Shown here in pieces: positions 20,039 to 27,854 of a stretch of DNA of 32,000 nucleotides. This DNA comes from Shimia aestuarii (GTDB lineage Bacteria > Pseudomonadota > Alphaproteobacteria > Rhodobacterales > Rhodobacteraceae): NCBI RefSeq assembly GCF_022814865.1, contig NZ_JAKVRD010000003.1, positions 1 through 32,000 of the forward strand, in the 5' to 3' direction. Under the pieces are notes generated by a model. That model did no database searches, was not told the DNA's origin, and saw only the letters and a list, made by a program, of their open reading frames with translations. Positions within the stretch are counted from its first letter, which is position 1. The number at the start of each line of letters is the position of its first letter. A program made the position numbers and the translations under genes.

Positions 20039-20800
20039 TCAATGTCCTCCCGACAGGAACGGCAATCCGCCAATCGCCGAGGCGGCAATCATGGCATAGG
20101 CCACCCAGCGATAAAGGGTCTCGCGCGCTGGGTCAAAGATCCGCGCCCCAAGGAGATTGCCAAGGATGTTCGGCACCGCGAGCGCCACTCCAAGAAGCAC
20201 CGGCGTCAGCGTCAGCCGATCTTGCAGCGCCAGAACCCCCATGAGCAACACGTCATACCCCAACAGGTAGATCATCGTATTGGCCCGCACCACACGCGCG
20301 CCATGCGGGCTGGCCATGTAAAATAGGATCACCGGCGGCCCCGGCAGGCCCGCCGCGCCGCCAAGGAACCCTGCCGCACCGCCAATCCCGTAGACCATGG
20401 GCCGCGTGACCATCCCCTGATACCGCAGCCCAAGAACCAAGGCCGCAAGCATCCCAAGGGCGAGGAAAGACACACCATAGCGAAACACCGCCGGATCGAC
20501 CGCGTAAAGCACCATAAGGCCAATGGGCAGCGCCACCAACGTCCCGGCCCAAAGCCGCATGACATCGCGCGGATGTCCATTGCGCCACGCCGACGGGGCG
20601 TTTGGAAGCGGGCCGAACATATCCATGACCGCCAGCGTCAGGATGGCCCAGATCGGATCAATGAACCGCCCCGCGAGGGGCAGGTAGATCAACGCGGTGC
20701 CAAAGCCTGAAAACCCTCGCACCGTCCCGGCGACAAAGGCCGCAAGGATAAGCCAGGGCAGCCCCTCGACCGAGGCCACCCCACCAAGAAGATCAGGCAT
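20039..20800 (-). CDS. TSUP family (TauE/SafE-like) anion exporter
   Basis: About 253 aa with about 8 TM segments. Gly-rich repeated motifs (GFSGFGTALIYLP, GIGGAAGFLGGAAGLPGPP) are typical of TauE/SafE. ATG 20800 is preferred over the TTG at 20803 and lies inside the last 8 nt of secF. Confidence 0.8.
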   Translation of the reverse strand: MPDLLGGVASVEGLPWLILAAFVAGTVRGFSGFGTALIYLPLAGRFIDPIWAILTLAVMDMFGPLPNAPSAWRNGHPRDVMRLWAGTLVALPIGLMVLYAVDPAVFRYGVSFLALGMLAALVLGLRYQGMVTRPMVYGIGGAAGFLGGAAGLPGPPVILFYMASPHGARVVRANTMIYLLGYDVLLMGVLALQDRLTLTPVLLGVALAVPNILGNLLGARIFDPARETLYRWVAYAMIAASAIGGLPFLSGGH

Positions 20801-21761
20801 CAATATTGGCGAACTGGTTGCCCGAGGTGTTCGAGGGCTTGGACCAATCGCGCTTCACGCCGAGTTTGAGAAGCACTGCCGAGGCCACAAAGACCGAGGA
20901 ATACGTCCCCACAATCACGCCCCAGATCATCGCGAAGACAAAGCCGCGGATCACGTCGCCGCCAAGCACGAAGAGCGAGATCAGCGCCAGAAGCGTCGTC
21001 ACCGAGGTCATCACCGTCCGGCTCAGAGTCTCGTTGATCGAGAGGTTGAGAACCTCTTTGAGCTCCATCTTCTTATACTTGCGCAGGTTCTCCCGCACCC
21101 GGTCGAACACAACCACGGTATCGTTGAGCGAATAGCCCACGATGGTCAAAAGCGCCGCGATAATCGCAAGGTCAAAGCGGATCTGAAGCTCCGAGAAAAC
21201 ACCGATGGTCAACACCACGTCATGCACAAGTGCGGCCACCGCGCCGAGCGCGAACTGCCACTCAAAGCGCAGCCAGATATAGATCAGGACCGCACCAATC
21301 GCGAGAAGCACCGCGACCACGGCTGTCTGGATCAACTCGCCCGAAACCTTCGGACCAACCGATTCCACCGAGACAAAGCTGATATCCGGCACCACACCCC
21401 GAAGCGCGGATTCGATCTGCTGGATCACGTCGGCCGTCACCGATTCCTGCCCATCCTGAGCCTGAATACGGATCATCGTGACATTCTGGTTTTCGTCGAA
21501 ATTGGGATCGAACACTTCCGTGATCGTCACATCGCCAAGCTCAAGCGGCGCGATCGCGTCTCGGTAAACCCCGACATCCACGCTTTGCGCACTCTCGGTG
21601 CGGATCGTCGTGCCACCGCGAAAGTCGATGCCGTAGTTGAGCCCTTGGACGAAAAAGCTCACCAGCGCGAGCACCATCAGAAACCCCGAGATGCCAAGCC
21701 AAAGCGCAGGCCGGCTGAAGAAATCCCATTTGGTCTCTTGCGGAACGAGTCTCAAACGCAT
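20793..21761 (-). CDS. secF: Protein translocase subunit SecF
   Basis: 322 aa. LNYGIDFRGGT, the SecDF TM bundle and YSLNDTVVVFDRVREN are typical. Starts 3 nt after the secD stop. Confidence 0.95.
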   Translation of the reverse strand: MRLRLVPQETKWDFFSRPALWLGISGFLMVLALVSFFVQGLNYGIDFRGGTTIRTESAQSVDVGVYRDAIAPLELGDVTITEVFDPNFDENQNVTMIRIQAQDGQESVTADVIQQIESALRGVVPDISFVSVESVGPKVSGELIQTAVVAVLLAIGAVLIYIWLRFEWQFALGAVAALVHDVVLTIGVFSELQIRFDLAIIAALLTIVGYSLNDTVVVFDRVRENLRKYKKMELKEVLNLSINETLSRTVMTSVTTLLALISLFVLGGDVIRGFVFAMIWGVIVGTYSSVFVASAVLLKLGVKRDWSKPSNTSGNQFANIDA

Positions 21762-21764
21762 GGC

Positions 21765-23426
21765 TTATACCTCGATTGTCTTGGGTCGGCGGCGTTCGTA
21801 CCAGATCACGATCATCAGGCGCGTCACGTAGATCGCCGTGAAGACCGAGGTCACGATGCCGAGGCCGAGGGTGATGGCAAAGCCGCGCACCGGGCCGGAG
21901 CCCACAGCGAACAGGATGGCCGCAGTGATGAAGGTGGTGATATTGGCGTCGACAATCGCCGAAAGCGCCTTTTCATAGCCAAGGTCGATGGCCCGCGCCG
22001 GACCCCGCCCCGCCTTGCTCTCTTCGCGGATACGCTCAAAGACAAGCACGTTGGCATCCACCGCCATACCGATGGTGAGGACGATCCCCGCGATCCCCGG
22101 CAGGGTCAGCGTCGCGCCGACAAGGCTCAGAAGACCAAAGATCAGACCCACGTTGAGGATCAGTGCGATATTGGCGAAAAGACCAAAGGTGCCGTAGCTG
22201 AGGAACATAAAGACGAGGACCGCGGCAAAGGCCACGATACACGCGACCTTACCCGCCTCGATGCTGTCTTGGCCAAGCTCGGGGCCAATCGTGCGCTCTT
22301 CGAGGAACTCAAGCCCCGCCGGAAGCGCACCCGCGCGCAGCAGAACAGCAAGATTGGTGGATTCTTCGACGGTGAAGTTGCCGGTAATGATCCCCGAGCC
22401 GCCCGGAATATGCGACTGGATGACCGGCGCCGACACCACCTCGCCGTCAAGCACGATGGCAAAGGGCGATCCGATGTTCTCGGCGGTGTAGTCGCCAAAC
22501 TTGCGCGCGCCCCCGACATTGAACCGGAACGACACCGCAGGACGGCCATTCTGGTCAAAGGACGGCTGTGCATCGACAAGCTCATCGCCCGTCACGACTG
22601 GCGCGCTCTCCACCGAGTAGAAAACGCCCTCTTGGTCGAGCGCCGGGACGATCTCATTGCCCGGTCCGGGGTTTGCCTCGGCATCCGCGCCGCGCCCGAC
22701 AACCGGGTGGAAGGTCAACTGTGCCGTGGTGCCGATGATTTCCTTAAGTTCCGCCGCAGAGCCAATGCCCGGCACTTGGATCAGGATACGATCTGCACCC
22801 TGTCGCTGGATGGTCGGCTCACGGGTGCCAACCTCGTCGATCCGGCGCCGAATGATCTCGAGCGCCTGACGCACGGTCTGTTCGTCCGTGGCAAGTTTCT
22901 CGGCTTCCGAAAGTTCGACGATAATATCCGCACCCTCGACACGAACGGTGATATCCGACTGTCCCGCCGCCGCGACAGAGGCCACGGGCCGCGCAAGGCC
23001 ACGGACAAGCGACGCCGCCTGTTGCACCTGGTCGGGCTTGGAAATCCGCACCCGCATGATGCCGGGGGCCGAGTCCTGAAGACGGATGGTGCCGATGGTG
23101 GCCCGCTCTTCGCGCAGAAGATCACGCACTTCGGGCCACATGGACTTGATCCGCGTGTCATAGACATCCGCGACCTTCACCTCTGCGAGAAGATGCGCCC
23201 CGCCCCGAAGGTCGAGGCCAAGATTGACAAGGCCCGATGGAAGGAACGATGGCCAAAGCGCCGCCTGCTCCTCCAACCCGTTGCCGCTATAGCCAAGCTC
23301 AAGCGCGGCCACGGCGTCATTGCTCGCCTCGACCCTTTCGTAGAACGCGTTCGGCGTCGCAAGAAGCAAGCCGATCGCACAAGTGGCCCAGATCAGGACC
23401 CGTTTCCAAAGGTCGATTTGCAGCAT
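21765..23426 (-). CDS. secD: Protein translocase subunit SecD
   Basis: 553 aa. [12 protein letters not shown], a periplasmic P1 domain and the C-terminal TM bundle with [17 protein letters not shown]. Confidence 0.95.
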   Translation of the reverse strand: MLQIDLWKRVLIWATCAIGLLLATPNAFYERVEASNDAVAALELGYSGNGLEEQAALWPSFLPSGLVNLGLDLRGGAHLLAEVKVADVYDTRIKSMWPEVRDLLREERATIGTIRLQDSAPGIMRVRISKPDQVQQAASLVRGLARPVASVAAAGQSDITVRVEGADIIVELSEAEKLATDEQTVRQALEIIRRRIDEVGTREPTIQRQGADRILIQVPGIGSAAELKEIIGTTAQLTFHPVVGRGADAEANPGPGNEIVPALDQEGVFYSVESAPVVTGDELVDAQPSFDQNGRPAVSFRFNVGGARKFGDYTAENIGSPFAIVLDGEVVSAPVIQSHIPGGSGIITGNFTVEESTNLAVLLRAGALPAGLEFLEERTIGPELGQDSIEAGKVACIVAFAAVLVFMFLSYGTFGLFANIALILNVGLIFGLLSLVGATLTLPGIAGIVLTIGMAVDANVLVFERIREESKAGRGPARAIDLGYEKALSAIVDANITTFITAAILFAVGSGPVRGFAITLGLGIVTSVFTAIYVTRLMIVIWYERRRPKTIEV

Positions 23427-23451
23427 CGTCAGAACCCTGTCAGCAGGAGAT

Positions 23452-23736
23452 TTATTCGGCGCTCGCCGGTTCGGTCTTGCTCAGGACTTGGGCAATGGTC
23501 GACTTGACCACACGCACCTTGACGCCCTCGGCCAGTTCGACTTCGATTTCATTGTCGTCCTTGACCTTCGCCACCTTGCCGATGAGACCGCCTTGCGTGA
23601 CGACCTGATCGCCCCGGCGCAGGGCCTCGACCATTTTCTGATGGTCTTTCATTTTCTTCTGCTGCGGACGGATGAGCAGGAAATACATGATCCCGAAGAT
23701 CAGGATAAGCGGCAGAAACTGGCCGAATTGTTCCAT
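23452..23736 (-). CDS. yajC: Preprotein translocase subunit YajC
   Basis: 94 aa from ATG 23736 (SD GAGGAA). [26 protein letters not shown] and [14 protein letters not shown] are canonical YajC. The 56-codon upstream extension in the track is rejected. Confidence 0.92.
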   Translation of the reverse strand: MEQFGQFLPLILIFGIMYFLLIRPQQKKMKDHQKMVEALRRGDQVVTQGGLIGKVAKVKDDNEIEVELAEGVKVRVVKSTIAQVLSKTEPASAE

Positions 23737-23949
23737 GTGGGTGTTCCTCGTTTGCGTGCGGGGCCACCCCCCGCCAAGTCGCAGGGAACCTATGAGGCAT
23801 TGGGCGCACTTGCAAGGCGGGAACGGTCCCGAAAATGTCCCAATCGAGAGAGTTTTGCGCCCGAGCCGCCAGAGCCGCTTACGATCCGGCAAAAAATGCG
23901 CCATAAGCTGGCTCTGAAAAGTGATTCACCATCGATAGGACGAAGACCC

Positions 23950-25242
23950 ATGCACGACATCCGAGCGATCCGCGAAAACCCGGCCGATTTCGACGCCGCC
24001 CTCGCCCGCCGCGGGGCCGCGCCCTTGTCGTCCGAGATCCTCGCCCTCGACGCCGAGCGCCGCGCCAAGATCCAAGCCGCCGAAGAGGCGCAGTCCGATC
24101 AGAAGAAGGCCGCCAAAGACGTCGGTGCCGCCAAGGCGAGCGGTGATGAAGCCGAGTTCGAGCGCCTGCGCGCCCTCGTGGGCGAGAAAAAGGCCGAGGT
24201 TGCCGCGATGCAGACCGAAGCGAAAGAGCTCGATCAAAAGCTCACCGACATGCTCATGGGCATCCCCAACCTGCCCTTTGCCGACACGCCCGATGGCGAA
24301 GACGAGAATGACAATGTCGAAATCAAACGCTGGGGCACCCCGGCCGTTTTCTCCTTCGCGCCCAAGGAACATTTTGACCTCGACGGGGTCAAGCCGGGCA
24401 TGGACTTTGAGACCGCCGCGAAACTCTCCGGCTCGCGCTTCGTCGTCCTTTCCGGCGCCGTTGCCCGCATCCACCGCGCCCTCGCGCAGTTCATGATCAA
24501 CACCCATGTCGACGAAAACGGCCTGCAAGAAACCTGGACCCCGGTCCTCGTAAAGCCGGACATGATGTATGGCACAGGGCAACTGCCAAAATTCGGCGAG
24601 GATTCCTATCAGACCACCAATGGCTGGTGGCTGGTGCCGACCGCCGAAGTGACGCTGACCAATATCATCAACGGCGAGACCGTAGACGAGGCAACCCTGC
24701 CCCACCGCTACGTCGCCCATACCCAATGCTTCCGCTCCGAGGCGGGCAGCGCAGGCCGCGACACCTCCGGCATGCTGCGCCAGCACCAGTTCGAGAAGGT
24801 CGAGATGGTCTCGGTGACCCACCCGGACAAGAGCCGCGAAGAACTGGACCGCATGACCGCCTGCGCCGAGGGTATCCTTGAACGCCTCGGCCTGCCCTAT
24901 CGCACTGTCGCCCTGTGCACCGGCGACATCGGCTTCGGCGCACAGCGCACCCATGATATCGAGGTCTGGCTCCCCGGTCAGGACACCTACCGCGAGATTT
25001 CCTCGGTCTCTGTCTGCGGCGACTTTCAGGCCCGCCGCATGAACGCCCGCTTCAAACCGGCGGGCGGCGGCAAGCCGGAGTTTGTCCATACGCTGAACGG
25101 CTCTGGCCTCGCCGTGGGCCGCTGCCTTATCGCGGTGCTGGAAAACGGCCAGCGCGAGGACGGCTCGGTCGCCCTTCCCGAAGTGCTGCACCCCTATCTT
25201 GGCGGCAAGTCGGTCCTGACGGCGGACGGCACCCTCGCCTGA
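23950..25242 (+). CDS. serS: Seryl-tRNA synthetase
   Basis: 430 aa from ATG 23950. [11 protein letters not shown], an N-terminal coiled-coil arm and class II motifs ([36 protein letters not shown]). The long upstream extension (track start 23383) is antisense to secD/yajC and is rejected. Confidence 0.95.
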   Translation: MHDIRAIRENPADFDAALARRGAAPLSSEILALDAERRAKIQAAEEAQSDQKKAAKDVGAAKASGDEAEFERLRALVGEKKAEVAAMQTEAKELDQKLTDMLMGIPNLPFADTPDGEDENDNVEIKRWGTPAVFSFAPKEHFDLDGVKPGMDFETAAKLSGSRFVVLSGAVARIHRALAQFMINTHVDENGLQETWTPVLVKPDMMYGTGQLPKFGEDSYQTTNGWWLVPTAEVTLTNIINGETVDEATLPHRYVAHTQCFRSEAGSAGRDTSGMLRQHQFEKVEMVSVTHPDKSREELDRMTACAEGILERLGLPYRTVALCTGDIGFGAQRTHDIEVWLPGQDTYREISSVSVCGDFQARRMNARFKPAGGGKPEFVHTLNGSGLAVGRCLIAVLENGQREDGSVALPEVLHPYLGGKSVLTADGTLA

Positions 25243-25270
25243 TCCCTTTTCGTCAGGCCACACCGCCCTA

Positions 25271-25299
25271 TCTCTTGCCATGAGTCACATGGCAAGAGG
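25271..25299 (+). promoter_or_regulatory. Hairpin between serS and the next gene; its 3' arm contains that gene's SD
   Basis: 11-bp perfect stem ctcttgccatg (25272-25282) / catggcaagag (25288-25298) with a 5-nt loop. AAGAGGA (25294-25300) is the SD for ATG 25308. No U-run follows. Confidence 0.4.
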
Positions 25300-25307
25300 A
25301 CACCCCC

Positions 25308-26021
25308 ATGGAACGTATGAAAGCCATCTTCGTAGTGACAGCGGCGCTCGCCTTCCTGCTGTCGCCGCTCTCCACCTCTGGCTTTAACGGTTTCACCGCC
25401 GATCAGTTCCCCATCCCCCAGACCGATCCCCCCGTTCAGCCCGCGGGCTATGCCTTCTCGATCTGGGGCGTGATCTATCTCTGGCTCATGGCGGGGGCGC
25501 TCTTCGGTCTCTTCAAGCGCGACCGGGCCCGCGACTGGACCACTATGCGCTGGCCGTTGATTCTGTCACTGGTGGTCGGCGCCGCTTGGATCCCGGCGGC
25601 AAATATGGATCCGGTCGCCGCCACCGCGATGATCTGGATCATGCTTGGCGCGGGGCTGGCCGCGCTGGCCCGTGCCGGGCGCTCTGACCATTTCTGGCTG
25701 CGCGCCCCCATCGGTCTCTATACCGGCTGGCTGACCGCGGCCTCCTGCGTCGCAACAGGGCTCGTCCTCGCCGGGCATGGCCTCCTCTCAGAACAAATCG
25801 CGGCACTTGCAATGATCGCCCTCGCCCTTCTCCTCGCGCTCTGGGTCCAAACCCGCGTCGCCGACACCCCCGAATATGGCCTCGCCGTGATCTGGGCCAC
25901 GGTCGGCATCCTCGTGGACAATGTCTCGCCGCTGAACGGTGCCGTGGTCGCGCTCTGCGGCCTTGGCCTCCCGCTCCTTGCATGGCCCGTACTGCGCGCC
26001 TTGGACAACTTGCGCCGCTGA
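25308..26021 (+). CDS. Integral membrane protein, possibly TspO/MBR-related
   Basis: 237 aa with about 6 hydrophobic segments. PAGYAFSIWGVIYLWL resembles a motif I associate with TspO-like tryptophan-rich membrane proteins. The CDS call is solid; the functional call is weak. Confidence 0.55.
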   Translation: MERMKAIFVVTAALAFLLSPLSTSGFNGFTADQFPIPQTDPPVQPAGYAFSIWGVIYLWLMAGALFGLFKRDRARDWTTMRWPLILSLVVGAAWIPAANMDPVAATAMIWIMLGAGLAALARAGRSDHFWLRAPIGLYTGWLTAASCVATGLVLAGHGLLSEQIAALAMIALALLLALWVQTRVADTPEYGLAVIWATVGILVDNVSPLNGAVVALCGLGLPLLAWPVLRALDNLRR

Positions 26022-26075
26022 TCCGGTCGCACTGGCGCCCCGAAAAGGCGCCAACATGACCTAAGACAAGGCGCG

Positions 26076-26115
26076 CCCTCCGCTTTCGCAGTACAATCTA
26101 CGAGCGAAAGGAGGG
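26076..26115 (+). promoter_or_regulatory. Leader hairpin pairing with the SD of the first gene of the orphan operon
   Basis: ccctcc (26076-26081) pairs with ggaggg (26110-26115) and tttcg (26084-26088) pairs with cgaaa (26105-26109), with a 2-nt bulge. AAGGAGGG is the SD for ATG 26120. Confidence 0.35.
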
Positions 26116-26119
26116 TGTT

Positions 26120-26443
26120 ATGAGCTACTTGAGAGTAACCAACCTATCCCGCATCAGCGCCGAAATCGAAGGGCGTTCGGGCGACCTTTCCGAAATCATC
26201 TACCTTGCGGAAGACGAACAGAAGGCGCTGCCGTTATGGCGCTTTCTGGCGGTGCAAAGCGTTGAGCCCGGTGTGTTGCGGCTCGAGCTTCACCTGCCCG
26301 GCAAAGGTGCCCGGCTCGACATGTATCGCATCTCGGAAAACCGGACCCTACGCCAGCGAAGCTTGATCGGCCCACGCAAACGCCGGCTGAGCCTGCGCAA
26401 GGATGAGATGCTGATGCTTATTCCCACCGGCGAATTTGAATGA
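26120..26443 (+). CDS. Hypothetical protein, no recognisable family (orphan operon gene 1)
   Basis: 107 aa. Very strong SD AAGGAGG 5 nt upstream. No signal peptide or TM segment. Basic patch GPRKRRLSLRK. Module-like start LRVTNLS and end KDEMLMLIP. Confidence 0.6.
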   Translation: MSYLRVTNLSRISAEIEGRSGDLSEIIYLAEDEQKALPLWRFLAVQSVEPGVLRLELHLPGKGARLDMYRISENRTLRQRSLIGPRKRRLSLRKDEMLMLIPTGEFE

Positions 26444-26462
26444 CTTCATAAGGAGACACACC

Positions 26463-27014
26463 ATGACTGAACATTTCGACATTTCCAAAATCGACGTAGA
26501 CGACCTTTATGGACAACTCGAAGCAGGTTTGGCCAAGCTGGATATTGCCAAGATGGCCGCGATTGCCGCGCAAGAGGCCAAGGAACGCCACTTGCACAGC
26601 TCCCTTGAGATCCGCAACATCGACCCGACAGGGCATCTTCTCGGCCTGCATATCGACTTCTCCGGCAAACAGGCCCGGCTGCGCATTCCGCCGCATGGCG
26701 CCCAGACCGTGCAGAACTTCAGCTTCCTGACCATGTGGTATATCCGCCTGCATCAGGATCCGCCGGTCAAACTGACCAACCGGGCGCACAACGCCTGCTT
26801 CTACGAGGTCAACCTCCTGCGCACCAATGGGCAGAACATCCAACAGCAGTTCCTCAACCCACATGTTGGCGCCTCCCATATCTATGATCTCGACGTGGGC
26901 GACCGCTTGATCGTGGTTCCGGTCAGCATGAACCAATACTTGCTGCGCCATGCCAACCACATCCACTGGGCCACCCCGGAGGACGATACCCTGATGGCCA
27001 GCGAAGAAGAGTGA
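26463..27014 (+). CDS. Hypothetical protein, no recognisable family (orphan operon gene 2)
   Basis: 183 aa from ATG 26463, with SD AAGGAG at 26450-26455; the track start 26436 is rejected. Third codon positions are mostly G/C in this frame. A helical N-terminus is followed by two module-like segments (LEIRNID..., VKLTNRA...GDRLIVVP). Confidence 0.6.
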   Translation: MTEHFDISKIDVDDLYGQLEAGLAKLDIAKMAAIAAQEAKERHLHSSLEIRNIDPTGHLLGLHIDFSGKQARLRIPPHGAQTVQNFSFLTMWYIRLHQDPPVKLTNRAHNACFYEVNLLRTNGQNIQQQFLNPHVGASHIYDLDVGDRLIVVPVSMNQYLLRHANHIHWATPEDDTLMASEEE

Positions 27015-27017
27015 TCC

Positions 27018-27740
27018 ATGTTACGGACAAAGGTTGAGATCACCAACCATAGCGGGGCGGGCACGGTCATCGTTGCCCGCTTCGAAACCAGCGCCGAGAC
27101 CGCGGGCAATCTGATGCTCGCCGGAGGCAGCAGCCAGATCTTCGAGAAGTTCGATCGCCTCACCATCACCGCCGCAAATGAGGGCGTGCCGGGGCGGTTG
27201 CGCCTGCTCAATCACGACGCGGCGGATGTCGTCCTGCGTCACATGACCAAAAGCGGCAATGTCGACGAAGACCGCATCCCCGGCAACGGGTTTGCAGATG
27301 TGGTTGTTGCTGGCGGGGATCAGATATTCCTCTCCGAGGCCCTCCCCGACCTGATCTTCCCCGAGCGCCCGATCCTGCACATGGCGATCCTGCGCCCCCA
27401 GCCGGGGCCGATCTTTGCCCCCAATCAAAAGCCCGCTGGCTTCTATGTCGATCTCGCTTGGCATCACCCGGACGAAGGCAGCGATCGCTTGCTCGGCTTC
27501 AATCTCTACCGTGCCGTCTACAAGGGCAACTATCCGATGGGCCAGCACCCCCTGAACGGTGCCCCACAGATCGGCACATCCGCACAGGTCGAAGACGTGA
27601 TCCCGCCCTACCCCTATAACCACCGCTACGCGATCATGGCGGTGAGCCGCGATGGCATCGAAAGCCTCTACTCCAACGTCCGCATCCTCGATTCCAATAC
27701 CCGCACCGATCTATTCGACGCCGGTTTCATCTGTCTCTGA
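27018..27740 (+). CDS. Hypothetical protein with C-terminal FN3-like domain (orphan operon gene 3)
   Basis: 240 aa. Its ATG lies 3 nt after the gene 2 stop. N-terminal modules VEITNHS...GRLRLL and ...GGDQIFLS. The C-terminal LAWHHP...GFNLYRAV...HRYAIMAVSRDGIESLYSNV follows the FN3 strand pattern (W, GYxVYR, YxYxVxAV, GxES). Confidence 0.6.
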   Translation: MLRTKVEITNHSGAGTVIVARFETSAETAGNLMLAGGSSQIFEKFDRLTITAANEGVPGRLRLLNHDAADVVLRHMTKSGNVDEDRIPGNGFADVVVAGGDQIFLSEALPDLIFPERPILHMAILRPQPGPIFAPNQKPAGFYVDLAWHHPDEGSDRLLGFNLYRAVYKGNYPMGQHPLNGAPQIGTSAQVEDVIPPYPYNHRYAIMAVSRDGIESLYSNVRILDSNTRTDLFDAGFICL

Positions 27741-27792
27741 CGGTCTTGTGGAGGATCAGCCGCTGTTAAGGTTTGACGGTTCGACGCGCCCC

Positions 27793-27834
27793 GCACGGAC
27801 GCGATACAGATGCAATACCGACGTAATACCGACG
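27793..27834 (+). repeat. Four direct repeats phased at 11 bp (GCACGGACG / ATACAGATG / ATACCGACG / ATACCGACG), copy B of the dispersed element
   Basis: Unit starts at 27793, 27804, 27815 and 27826, exactly 11 bp apart. Same units as 2800-2841 but in a permuted order. Lies between convergent gene ends. Confidence 0.85.
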
Positions 27835-27854
27835 TGGCATTTCGGGGTTAACCC

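Noticed and set aside
20697-23507. 936-aa plus-strand ORF opposite secF/secD, and similar long antisense ORFs (10748-11869 +, 11921-13510 +, 23926-25281 -, 4439-5431 +)
   Set aside because: All lie opposite genes with unmistakable family signatures. They are Arg/His/Asp/Pro-rich, lack RBS-supported starts, and reflect stop-codon depletion in high-GC sequence.
23383-23949. N-terminal extensions of track ORFs: serS 619 aa, yajC 150 aa, acnA 934 aa, ccmC 269 aa, DUF1223 251 aa, glycosyltransferase 276 aa
   Set aside because: Each extension is Arg/Cys/Pro-rich, overlaps a neighbouring gene or intergenic DNA, and precedes an internal ATG. That ATG has an SD, and the family-typical N-terminus begins there.
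26418-27623. Minus-strand ORFs 26418-26966 (182 aa) and 27021-27623 (200 aa), antisense to orphan operon genes 2 and 3, as alternative coding frames
   Set aside because: The plus-strand frames have strong SDs, tight start/stop coupling and mostly G/C third positions. The antisense ORFs have no SD, ragged ends and shadow-ORF composition.
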